Positions 9,005 through 22,100 of a DNA stretch of 37,876 nt are shown piece after piece. A program made the position numbers and the translations under genes. Numbering within the stretch: position 1 is the first letter of the stretch; each line of letters starts with the position of its first letter. The notes below the pieces were generated by a model. The model was not told the DNA's origin, searched no databases, and saw nothing but the letters and a program-made list of their open reading frames with translations. The DNA is from Octopus sinensis (Eukaryota): assembly GCF_006345805.1 (NCBI RefSeq), contig NW_021836827.1:1-37876 (forward strand), given 5' to 3'.

Positions 9005-12000
9005 GAGGCGTCTGTAACCTGTGGCACGCGTGTCATGTGTAGCACGCGGAACAATTCCCAAGGGCATGCACACCACTTGGCAAAAAATAAAAGTAAATTT
9101 TTATTTATAACTAAATCTGAGGAAGCGACATCATAATAATTAAATTACATATCTTTTTTACGATCCATCTATTCTAGACTAAACTACCTGAAGTTAGCTG
9201 TATTTCGTAGTATTACATTTCCTTAAAAATATAGTACTACTGAACACAATTTTGATACGAAATTATGAATGTTAGCACAATTAATTTGTTTGTAAGCTGG
9301 AGCTGAAAGCATTTATATGTACTTTATTACTGAAGCCGGGAGCTAGAGGTGCGAACGCTTATTGTTTCGCACTCGGCTGTATATTTAGCAGTACAGATCA
9401 TAATATGTTAAACTTAGTTAACCACTTTACAGCAGCCAGTCTAAATAAAGACACTCTTTAAAATGGGCTCCTACATTGCGGGTCGTCTATAAGTAGACGC
9501 TTTTAAAATTATTCTCACATTTTGGGAAGAAAAAGGGGTAACAAGTAGGGTTTTCAAAAGTAACTAAACATGAAAAGTCAAAAACTATAGTTATTTTCTT
9601 AGGTTTCAATTTCTCCTTCGTGAGTCAAGTTGTCTGATCTTTTGAGTATTTTTTTTTTTGTTTATTCATATCATATAATTTAATCTAATTATTTTATTAT
9701 TACAAAAATTAACTCATTAAATTAATTTCGTTCTTTTTTACTATTTATTTTACTCTAATTATCTTTATTTAGTTATTTTTATTTTTATTTGTAGAACCTG
9801 ATTTAAGGGTTTATACACCTGTCATATAAATTATCAATATATAGTGACCCAAATTGAATAACAAAGGACCAAAAGTTGACGTTCGTTCTTTTCAAGATTT
9901 CTGGAGCACTAAGTATGGATTTGTATAACAAAATCATCGAGTTGTGTGTGCGTTCTGCTGTGAATTTGTCGTATGTCGTACATCAAGTGTACAAAGACAC
10001 TATCAAACTAGACACCAGACTATATTTAAAAACGCTGATGAAAAAAGGCAAATCATAAAAAGGGCTATTTCTAGTTACAAAAAAAGCACTTCTGTTTTTG
10101 TTCAAATGCTTGGAACCAACAATGAAGCCAAATAATGTAGTTAGACAATTGCTCAATGTATAGCTGAGAAAGGTAAACCTTTTACAGAGGAGAATTTATC
10201 AAAAAAACTTTTCTGAGAAGTGCTAAAATTTTGTTCAGTGATCAAGCAAACGCTGAAAAAATACTGTCTCGAATTCAAGAAAAACCAACTTCTGCATGAT
10301 CAGTTGAGAGACGTATAACTGATATAGCTGAAAATATAATAAAACAAAAATTTGGATTACAAAAAGCTGCTGCATTGAGTGACCTCTATCGATGAAAGTA
10401 CTGACGTGAATGACAGGGCGCGCCTAGCAATTGTTGCAAGACATTGTGACAATGATCGTATTTACGAAGAATCATGTTGTTTGATTCCTCTTACCAATAC
10501 ATTCTGACTGCATTTCTAAATTATTTCGAAAATCAAGCCATTGATACAAATAAAATATTTTGTATTACTGCTGGTGGTGCACGTGCAATGGTTGGAAAGG
10601 AAAAAAAGATTTATTAAGCGTCTTGAAAATCACATTTCACGCAGTGTAATGTGTTTTAATTGCATTCTACATAGGGAAAATTTAGTTGCAAAACTTTCAT
10701 CACAAAGTTTCAGTTCTGTCGTGGAAACTGTTGTTAAAATAGTTAACTTCATGGTTTCTCGCTCTTCACTGACTCACAGACAATTTAAGTCTCTTCTGCA
10801 AGAACAGGACAGCGAATATGCAGACTTCCCACTTCACAGTAAAGTCCTGCAGCGTAGACTTGGTTGAAATTCCTCTCTCCCATATATTTATATATACGTG
10901 CATTCGAACGTAGCAGGGAACAGCTAGCCTTTTGCCGCTATTTCGATCCTGTTGTGTCCATTACTCTGATTAGTTGGTATTGGCGCAGTTTGTCGTGCCG
11001 AATTGCCGCGTATAACCACAGTTGGAGACCCTAAATAGGATTACGTGCAACAGCCTGTTCACTACCCCGTTTTAGCCTACTTCTCCTTATAAAAACTCAG
11101 CCTTTTCTCCTTTCGAGGCCTTTTGGTTCCAGACCTTTTAAGGTCTAGCCACTGACCACGAAACACAGCCAGTTCCAGAGACTTGCCAACTTTGTCCAAC
11201 AGCATTACAACAACCTCCGTATTCCTCACCACCGCCATGTCCTTAACGTCGTCAACATCATCTCTCTACGTACACAGCTCTGCAAGCGATTCACCCAGGT
11301 TCCAACATTTCACTGCTCGTGAATTACTTCACCATGGGTCAACAACAAATATACAACCAGTATGAACTCCTGTACAAGTTACCCAGGCAGCAGCATCACA
11401 GCCACGACATCACGTTCGACATGTACCTGTAACTGTCCCCTACATCTATGAACCCACACGCATACATTCTGTTCTCATGACGGCCTGTCTATCGTTCAGT
11501 ATACATGATGCACACACAGACACATCTATTAACATGTCAAAAAATCTTATTTTAATCATTCTACGCGGTTGTCTCCTTTTTCCATCAGGCAAATAGATGG
11601 TACTATCAATTTTCTCTTTATTGTAAGGGCTGTGTGATGTGGTACTAAAGAGCCATTCTTGTCACCTCGCATCGCACGGTCCTTACAGTCCGTTGGCTTT
11701 GTCGGGGTAGAGTTTTGAACAGATTTCTATCATGCTTAGAAGTCAAAATATTTCTTGAAAGGAAACAGTTCCCAGAATTGAACAACGAAGACGGGTTATT
11801 TAAACTGATGCTTCTAACTGACAGTCACTTGAATGATTAAAATTTGCATTTACAAGAGATAGGTCAAACAGTACTTGATCTTTTTGAATACTGGAAAGGA
11901 TTTTTGTTAAAATTAGATTTTTTTTGTGTGATGCACTTAGAAATATTTAAAAATACTTTGCAAATGTAAAAGCTTATTCGAATCGATTTAATATTTAATA

Positions 12001-12375
12001 AAAATGAACTTCAAAAATATATTGCAACGTTGAAAGAAGAATTTTCCAAGTGAGATAAAGATTTCGAAACAGACGCTCCTATATTTTCGTTTCTCATGAA
12101 ACCCGACTTTGATGAATTTGAAAACGAGACCCATTTCATCTATCAATTCTTTGGCTCAATAACAAATATACAGGATAGTTTTGAAGTGGAAATACTTGAA
12201 TTAACCACTTCATAATTAAGGGGGAAAAATTATGGAATTACGAAAATCTCTTGAAAGAAGCAGCTTAGAAAAGTCAGTTGCCATCTTCAATCGCTAGAAG
12301 ACGTTGCCTGAAAGATTCAATTCTTTGAAGAAATTCGTTTCTGCTCGGCTTTCACGCTTTAGCTCAACATATACA
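9005..12375 (+). mobile_element. hAT transposon (Charlie/SPIN/Buster-like), degenerate transposase ~9860-12375, 3'-truncated
   Basis: gtctagac (NTCTAGAN target consensus) at 8997-9004, then TIR-like gaggcgtctgtaacctgtggcacgcgtg. Motifs CAFC..RHYQTRH, GKPFT, SIDESTD, AMVG, CILHRENL, HSKV|RWLCRGRVLNRF, FSSTY, with stops and frameshifts. Confidence 0.92.
10848..11687. mobile_element. 840-nt solo-LTR-like insertion (TG...CA, 4-bp TSD GTCC; Gypsy-like) within the hAT transposase
   Basis: gtcc at 10844-10847 and 11688-11691. Removing the insert and one TSD restores cac agt aaa gtc cgt tgg = HSKVRW. Confidence 0.85.
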
Positions 12376-12411
12376 GGATTACCCAAAAACAATAGAACCC
12401 ATAAAATTTAG

Positions 12412-12557
12412 GTTTCCGTCTACCAAATCCATTCACAAGGATTTGGTCGTCCCGAGACTATAGTAGGAAGAAGCAATTTCCCAAATAACATGCAGTGGAA
12501 ACTGAACATGGATCTATGTGATTGCGGAGCAAGTTTCTTACCACAAGGCCGCGGCTA
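12412..12557 (-). mobile_element. tRNA-derived SINE head (octopus OK/OR-like), repeated in each unit (also ~16143-16290, 18394-18503, 19710-19866, 21945-22023, 23973-24080, 25246-25401)
   Basis: Reverse complement gives gtggctgtgtggtaag (A-box-like) ... ggttcagtccc (B-box-like) ... cttgggcaagtgtcttctactatagcc, matching the + copy at 37573. Confidence 0.85.
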
Positions 12558-13931
12558 TGAATGTGTGTTTATGTATAAGTCTATATATAGGATGAACAGG
12601 ACAAACAAATATTTAAATAATAGTTCTGACGTGCGTGTAACAAGGTTATGGTTGCTTGGAACCAAATGCTCACCAACAAATGATCGTCAGGAACACCGTT
12701 TTAGTATTAAATTGCATAGTTATAGAAAGATAGAGGGAGAGGGAAAAATAAATCATATATAAATGTGTGTATATATATATCAATGTTAAATCTTAAAAGA
12801 AAAGTAACAAACATTGATTTACCTCTATAACGCCGGATCCAAATATGACTTCAGTTTGAATTTTTGACAGAAATTAAATAAGTTTTATCCACTTATCTGA
12901 ATATTCTATTGCCTCATATAAGGTTTTTGTCTCACGTTCCAGCTGCTATCCGATAAGCATACTGAATAAAATACCTTGTTGTAATAATTCTCTTTTTTTT
13001 TTAAACGAGAGTGGCAGTATTTTCCCTTGATATATGTGACTGGTTGAAATTCTTTAATATCTATTAAACTTCTATTACATTACCAAAACTGAATTTTTAA
13101 TATTTCCTGGCAACGCCTAGAGAATATTCTTATCTACTTGACTCTTTTCTAAAACAAACGCCATTGTTTTTATCGATTATTGGGATGACGATATCAGCTC
13201 AATGACACGACCTCATCTCCTTGTTACTAAAATGCAAAGCCGACGAATTTTCCTCGTTTCCTAGAATATATTTCAGTTGGTTGTAAAGTATGCTTGTTGT
13301 TCACTGATGAGAAGACTATGATCAAAGGCGTTTCGATCATGATCATCCCGTCTATTTACTTATATTGCAATGTGGGTTGTGTCCTTTACTTGGTTAAGAC
13401 GGTAGGGTGTGAGACAATGGAATATCATTGTCTCAAATGTTAACGATAGGGCTGATAGCGCAAATGTTCAAGTAATGGACATTCATTAGTCTTGAAACCT
13501 ACATCTACAATAATTATTGTAATCCATCGCATGATGTGAATGTTAATTTTCATAGATCTTTCCGAAATATAAGCTCCAACTTACTATCAAGATGAACCAT
13601 CAATTTCTTAAATGACATCTAGGACTGAATTATTCTGTTGCTAGCAGAAGAATGAAAGTGATATTTTACGTGCTTTACTCTCAATGTGTGTTTAGCATAT
13701 TGTAACTTTCATGTACATGGGTTATCTCAAGTGCAACATACCCTCGAATATTTAGGGGTGTCCAGTTCACCCTGTGTAACTTGCCGCAGGACTCACACAC
13801 CAGATGCAGGAACTAGAGGGTAAAGACGGTACTAATTCCGTAAGTTCTTCACGTGCGCATCTGCATACCAATTTATTATTATTCCTTATACACACAACAG
13901 TTTAGATTGTGTGAGTACGATTGTGTACATA

Positions 13932-14019
<88 letters not shown>

Positions 14020-14189
14020 ATATTATGTATATGTGGGTGTCTATGTGCATGTGTGTGTGTGTGAGTCCATGCAGAAGTGTACGGGGTTAAACATACACAC
14101 ACAGACACACACGCACGCACATACACACACACACGCACACACAGTCACACATATATGTATGTATATATATATAGAGAGAGAGAGAGATA

Positions 14190-15796
14190 CAGTTGGGGGA
14201 AATAAATATTCGTAATGTCAAAATTCTTTATATATCTAATTTCTAATGAACATAAATGGGATATACCAATACTATATTTGCATACACATGCATAAACTCA
14301 GAATATGCAAATGAAAGTAATAAATTATAGTTACTAAGGAATTCATATACATTTATAAATATTTAGGGGTGAAAAAAGTATTCATACAGAACATAAATAA
14401 CTGATAATTCTGATTTAATACTTCATAGCATAACCCTTATTCAGTTCCACTTCAACCAATCTCTTCTTGTAATTCTTAATCAATGACTTGCATGTTTCTT
14501 TAGGAATTTTTCCCATTCTTCTTGACAAATTTTCTTCAAATCTGGAATGCACGTTAGGGCTCTTGAATGATTTTTAAGTTTCAAATAACGCCACAAATTT
14601 TCAATGGGGTTCAAGTCAGGTGACTCGCTTGGCCATTCTAATAATTTTATATTGTGATCGACAATCCATGTTTTGGTAGACTTCGCCATGTGCTTAGGGT
14701 CGTCATCCTGTTGTAAAACCGACCCTTCTCAGAGCTTGAGCTTTTCAACAGAGTCATATAAATTATTGTTCAAAATATTTTGGTACATCTCCGCATTCAT
14801 TCTACCATCTATCACATGTAAATTGCCAGTACCATTTGCAGAGAAACACTCCTACACGATGATGTTACCACCTCCAAACTTTATGGTAGGGATTGTGTTT
14901 TTCGGCGAATAGGTAGTTCCATCTTTCCTCCAAACATGGCTACGCGAATTTCGTTCAAACAATTCAATTTTCGACTCATCTGTCAATAGAACATTTTCCC
15001 AGAATGTATCAGATTTATCTTTATGTTCATAAACAAATTTTAAATGGGCATCTCTATGCCTTTAATCAACAGCGGAGTTTTTCTAGGAGAGCTTGACTTC
15101 AGTACATTCCTATGAAGTTCATTGCTGATTGTTCGTATTGTAACACTAGTCCCTGAAGCTAACAAATCTTGCAACTCCTTTCTGGTGATCATTGCGTATT
15201 TTTTATATTCTTCGCTTCATTTTTCTTAAAAATCTAAGGGGAAATCTCGCATGGTGCACTGGATCTTATTCTGTTTTCAACAGTTCCCGGTTTTTTATAT
15301 CTTTTAATAAATGAAGATATAGTAGAAAATGGAATACAAAGGATCCCTGATATTTTCCTGTAACTTTTACCTGCTTTTCATTGTTCAATAATTAAGTTTT
15401 TCACTGTATTTGTGAGTTCTTTACTTTTCGCCATTATTACGATACTACTTTATGTTGTCTCAGTGCTGAATGAAGAAGCTAGCGTTTTGACACTTAAAAA
15501 TGACAACTGATAAGTTTATTGGAACAAACGAGAAAGTTCTAGTAAAAAATATTATTTTAACAGTATTTTGTGGCTCAGAAAATCATAAATTTATTCTTTA
15601 CGAATACTTTTTTCACCCCTAAATATTTATGATTGTATATAAATTCCTTAGTTATTATAATTTATTAGTTTCTTTTGCATATTCTTAGTTTATGCATGCG
15701 TATGCAAATAAGGTATTGGTATATCCCATTTATGTTCATAAGAAATTAAATAAATAAAGAATTTTGACGTGTACGAATATTGATTTTCCCCCACTT
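14190..15796 (-). mobile_element. Full-length Tc1-family transposon, IR/DR type (~200-nt TIRs), TA target duplication
   Basis: TA|cagttgggggaaataaatattcg ... cgaatattgattttcccccactt|TA. TIR homology 14190-~14390 vs ~15600-15796, with inner repeat gaaaaaagtattc. Confidence 0.95.
14415..15434 (-). pseudogene. Tc1 DD34E transposase pseudogene
   Basis: MAKSKELTNTVKNLIIEQ*KAGKSYRKIS..., LTDESKIELF, GGGNIIV*, QQD-34aa-E (WPSESPDLNPIENLW); stops and frameshifts. Confidence 0.93.
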
Positions 15797-16549
15797 TATA
15801 TATATAAATATTCATACGTATTCAAAGGTCTACACACACATATAAAAAGTATATTCTTTTCTTTAATTCTTCTACTTGTTTAAGTCATTTGACTGTGGCC
15901 TTGCTGGAGTACCACCTTAAATGCCTTTAAGCCGAAGAGTCGAAGAAATTTACCTCTGGGATTATATTATACTTTGTAAGCCTGGTACATATTTTATTAA
16001 TCGCTAAATCCGAACAGCTATGTTAAGTGGCGTAAAAGATCTGATCTCAAGCTGTGAACGGGTAGCAAACATAGTCACACAGACACACACACAAACACAC
16101 TCACACACACACACACATATGTATATATATATATATATATAAAACGGACTTCCTTCGGGTCCGTCAACAATACACACTCACAAGTCTTTGCTCGGTCCGG
16201 GGCTATAGTAGAAGATAGATTGCCATGGAGTGAAACTGAACCTGGATCTATGTGCTTGCGGAGCAAATTTCTTACCTCATAGCCACTCCAATGAATATGT
16301 GTTTATGTATAATCTATATATCGGATGAACAGGACAAACAAATATTTGCTATCCCATAAGAATACTGAATGAAATACCCGGTTGTAATAATTCTCTAATT
16401 ATTTTTAAAACGATAGTGGGAGTATTTTCTCCTTGATGTACGTCATTGGCTGAAATTCTTTAATATCCGGAAAATAAACCCATTTTCCAGCTATTCACCA
16501 TTCCTACAAGTCAAGTGTTGAAATGGTCGTTGTGTAACATGAGATGAAG

Positions 16550-16637
16550 TGTTCTGCGCACAATACACCTCTCGGTCCTGTATTTGAAATCACGACCTTG
16601 TTATCGAGAGTAGCATCCTTAATCACGATTTCATGTG
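16550..16637 (-). mobile_element. Degenerate tRNA-like SINE head of a second family (paralogs ~20460-20547, 22025-22087, 25995-26079, 36115-36198)
   Basis: Reverse complement has A-box-like and B-box-like (gtttcaattccc in the 36.1-kb copy) motifs at tRNA spacing. Confidence 0.55.
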
Positions 16638-17533
16638 TCCTCGACTTCTATCATATTACCAAAACTTTATTTTTCATATGTCCTGGCAACACCCAGACAA
16701 TATTCTTATCTACTTGACACTTTTCTAAAACAAACGCCATTGTTTTTATCGATTATTGGGATGGCGATATCTGCTCAAAGATACGAATTCATCTCTCTAG
16801 TTACTAAAATGCAAACCCGACGAATTTTCTTCGTTTCGCAGAATATATTTCAGTTGGTTGAAAAGTATGCTTGTTGTTCACTGATGACAAGACTATGATC
16901 AGAGGCGTTTCGGTCATGATCATCCCATCGATTTACATATATTGCAATGTGTGTTGTGTCCTTTACGTGGTTAAGGCGGTAGGCTGTGAGACAATGGAAT
17001 ATCATTGTCTCAAATGCTTACGATAGGGCTGATAGCGAGAGTGTTCAATTAATGGACATTTATTTGTCCTGAAACCTACATCAACAATCATTATAGTAAT
17101 ATATCACATGATGTGAATGTTAATTTTCATAGATCTTTCCGAAATATAGGCTCCAACTTACTATCAAGATGAACCATCAATTTCTTAAATGACATCTAGG
17201 ACTGAATATTCTGTTGCTTGCAGAAGAATGAAAGTGATATTATACGTGCTTTACTCTCCATGTGTGTTTAGCATATTGTAACTTTCATGTACATGGGTTA
17301 TCTCAAGTACAACATACCCTCGAATATTTAAGGGCGTCCAGTTCACCCTGGGTAACTTGCCGCAGGACTCACACATCAGATGCAGGTACTAGAGGGTAAA
17401 GACGGTACTAATTCCCTAAGTTGTTCACATGAGCATCTGCATACCAATTTATTATTATTCCATATACACACAACAGTTTAGATTGTGTGAGTACGATTAT
17501 GTAGATATATATATAAATATATATACATATATG

Positions 17534-17597
<64 letters not shown>

Positions 17598-17699
17598 GTA
17601 TATGTGGGTGTCTATGTGCATGTGTGTGTGAGTACATGCACAAGTGTACGGGGTTCAACATACACACACACGCACACACTCACATATATGTGTACATAT

Positions 17700-18070
<371 letters not shown>

Positions 18071-18767
18071 TACGCATTCAGAGATCTACCCACACATATA
18101 AAAAGTGTATTCTTTTCTTTAATTCTTTTATGTGTTTAAGTCATTTGACTACGGCCTTGCTGGAGTGCCACCTCAAAAGACTTTAAACCGAAGAGTCGAA
18201 GAAATTTAACTCTGGGCTGATTTATTGTAAGCTTAGGACATATTTTATTGATCGCTTTTGCCGAACAACTATGTTAAGGCAGGCATAAAAGACATGATCT
18301 CAAGCTGTGAGCAAACATAGTCACACACACACACACACAAACACAGTCACAAACACACACACACACAGAGGCGCCTATGTATATATATATAAAACGGACT
18401 TCCGAGGCTATAGTAGAACACACATTCCTAGGTTGCCATGCAGTGAAACTAAACCTGGATCTATGTGCTTGCGGAGCAAGTTTCTTACCACATAGTCACG
18501 CCTATGCATGTGTGTTTATGTAGAAGTCTATATATCGGATGAACAGGACAAACAAATGTTTAAATAAAACTTCTTACGTGCGTGTAACAACGTTATGGTT
18601 GCTTGGAACCAAATACTCACCGACAAATGACCGTCAGGAACAACGTTATTCTATTAAGTTGCATAGTTATACAAAGATAGAGAGAGATGGAAAAATAAAT
18701 CATATATATGTGTGTGTGTGTATATATATGTTAAATCTTAAAAGAAAAGTAACAAAAATCGATTTAT

Positions 18768-18850
18768 CTATTCGCGTTCAGAGTTCCTTTCCAGTCGAAC
18801 TCCCAATTGCCTTTCATTTCTCTGAGATGCTGAATTCCAGTTGGTCGACT
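18768..18850 (+). mobile_element. Degenerate Nin/Deu-domain SINE fragment (paralogs ~24345-24428, 37108-37190)
   Basis: cgttcagagttcctttcc...ttgcctttcatttctctgag resembles cgttctgagttcaaattcc...ttgcctttcatcctttcggg at 31481. Confidence 0.6.
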
Positions 18851-19069
18851 GTCCACCTCCCCCACAAAACACAACCACTGGCATTCTACCTAATCCAGAA
18901 ATCTAGGATTTTGGACGATGAATTGCTACGCGGTGTCATATGTAATAATGTGTGGTTATATAAAGATGCATCAGGATATATACATACACAAACACGCACA
19001 AATATGTGTGTGTATGAGTGTGTGTGTGCATACGAGTGTGTGTATGTACGTACGTTTGTATATATATAT

Positions 19070-19125
<56 letters not shown>

Positions 19126-22100
19126 GGACAGAGAGAGAGAGAGATATTTATATATGAATATATGTGTGAGCGTGTGTCTTCATGTGTGTGTGAATACATG
19201 CACATGTGTACGAGGCGAAACATTCAAACACACACACACATATATATATATAGGTATATAAATACATATATATATATATAATATATATATATATATCATA
19301 TATATATATATTATATATATATATATTATATATATATATAAATACATATATATATATATTCATACGCATTTAGATATATATACACACACATACGCACACA
19401 CATGTATAAACGTGTATTCTGTTTCTTTAATTCTTTTACTTGTTGAAGTCATTTTCCTGCGCCCATTCTGGAGCACCAAATCAAAAGCCTTTAAAACCAA
19501 TAGATTGACATCAGAGCTTATTCTTTGTAAGCCAAGTACTTATTTTATTGGCCGCTTTTGCCGAACCGCAATGTTAAGGAGGGGGCGTAAAAACCTTCTG
19601 TCAAGATAAGAATGGGTAACAAACATAGTCGCAAAGACAGAGACACTCATGCAGAAACTCACACACACACACACATATGCATCAGATATACATATATATA
19701 TATATATAAAACGAACTTCTTTCGGTTTCCGTCTACCAAATCCACTCGTAAGGCTTTGGTCGGCCCGAGGCTATAGTAGAAGACACCTTCCCAAATTGCC
19801 ATGCAGTGAAACTGAACCTGGAACTATCTGCTTGCGAAACATGTTTCTTACCACAGAGCCACGCCTGTGCATATGTGTTTATGTATAAGTCTATATATAT
19901 GATGAACAGGACAAACAAATATTTAAATAATAATTCTGACGTGCATGTAAGAACGTTATGGTTGCTTGGAACCAAATTCTCACCGACAAAAGATCGTCAG
20001 GAACAAGGATATTCTATTAAGTTGCATAGTAATAGAAAGATAGAGAGAGAGGGAGAAATGAATCATATATACGTGTGTGTGTGTAGATACAAATGTTAAA
20101 TCTTAAAAGAAAATTTTAAAAAATTATTTACCTTTGTAACGCCGGCTCCAGGTATGACTTGAATTAAGTTTGAATTTTTTACAGAAATTAAATATTTTAT
20201 CCACTTCTCTGAATATTCTATTGCCTCATATAATTTCTTTGTCTCACGGTCCAGCTGCTATCCCATAAGAATACTGAATGAAATACCCGGTTGTAATAAT
20301 TCTCTATATTTTTTAAAATGAGAGTGGCAGTATTTTCTCCTTGATGTACGTCATTGGCTGAAATTCTTTAATATCCGGAAAATAAACCCATTTTCCAGCT
20401 ATTCACCATTCCTACAAGTCAAGTGTTGAAATGGCCGTTGTGTATTATGATATGAAGTGTTCTACGCACAATACATCTCTCGGTCCTGTATTTGAAATCA
20501 CGACCTTCTTATCGAGAGTAGCATCCTTAATCACGATTTCAAGTGTCCTCGACTTCTATTATATTACCAAAACTTTATTTTTCATATGTCCTGGCAACAC
20601 CCAGACAATATTCTTATCTACTTGACGCTTTTCTAAGACAAACGCCATTGTTTTAATCGATTATTGGGATGGCGATATCTGCTCAAAGAAACGACCTCAT
20701 CTCCCTAGTTACTAAAATGCAAACCCGACGAATTTTCCTCGTTTCCCAGAATATATTTCAGTTGGTTGTAAAGAATGCTTGTTGTTCACTGATGAGAAAA
20801 CGAAGATCAGAAGCATTTCGATCATGATCATCCCGTCGATTTACATATATTGCAATGTGTGTTGTGTCCTTTACGTGGTTAAGGCGGTAGGGTGTGAGAC
20901 AATGGAATATCATTGTCTCAAATGCTTACGATAGGGCTGATAGCGCAAATGTTCAAGTAATGGACATTCATTAGTCCTGAAACGTACACCTACAATAATT
21001 ATTGTAACCCATCACATGATGTGGATGTTAACTTTCAGAGAACTCTCCGAAATATAAGTCCGACCTTACGATAAAGATGAAACATTAATTTAATAAATGA
21101 CACCTAGGACTGAATTATTCTGCTACTAGCAGAGGAATGAAAGTGATATTCTACGTGGTTTACTCTCCATGTGTGTTTAACTTATTGTAATTTTCATGTA
21201 CATGGGTTATCTCATGTGCAACATACCCTCGAATATTTAGGGGCGTCCAGTTCACCCTGGGTAACTTGCCGTAGGACTCACATAGCAGATGCAGGTACTA
21301 AAGGGTAAGGACGGTAATAATTCCCTAAGTTGCTCACGTGAGCATACGCATACCAATTTATTATTATTCCATATACACACAACAGTTTAGATTGTGTGAG
21401 TACGATTGTGTATATATATATATATATACATATATAAAAATATATAGATTTATGTATGTATATGTATATATATATATATATATGTATATGTAGGCGTCTA
21501 TGTGCAAGTGTGTGTGTGAGTACAAGCACAAGTGTAAGGGGTTCAACACACACACACACACACACACGCACATACACACACACATGCACACACACATATG
21601 TGTATGTATATTCATACGCATTCAGAGATCTACACACACATATAAAAAGTGTATTCTTTTCTTTAATTCTTTTACTTGTTTAAGTCATTTGACTACGGCC
21701 TTGCTGGAGTGCCACCACAAAAGCCTTTAAACCGAAGAGTCGAATACATTTATCACTGGGCTTATTTTTTGTAAGCCTGGTACATATTTTATTGATCGCT
21801 TTTGCCGAACAGCTATGTTAAGGCAGGCGTAAAAGAACTGATCTCAAGCTGTGAAAGGGTAGCAAACATAGTCACACAGACACACACACAAACACACTCA
21901 CACACACACACACACACACACACCTATGTATATATATATATAAAACGGACTTCCGAGGCTATAGTAGAAGACACATTCCCAGGTTGCTATTCAGTGAAAC
22001 TAAACCTGGATCTATGTGCTTGCGGTCCTGTATTTTAAATCACGACCTTGTTATCGAGAGTAGCATCCTTAATCACGATTTCATGTGTCCTCGACTTCTA

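Noticed and set aside
13440-13560. Minus-strand MKINIHIMRWITIIIVDVGFKTNECPLLEHLRY resembling a Cys-containing LRR
   Set aside because: Stops in other units, donor absent in this copy, motif too short.
16635-16898. 87-aa ORF duplicated at 22085-22348
   Set aside because: GTG start, disrupted in other units, no recognisable domain; identity reflects recent duplication.
18539-18760. Plus-strand MNRTNK... ORF open in five units
   Set aside because: Mixed synonymous and non-synonymous changes look neutral; it runs into SINE and microsatellite sequence.
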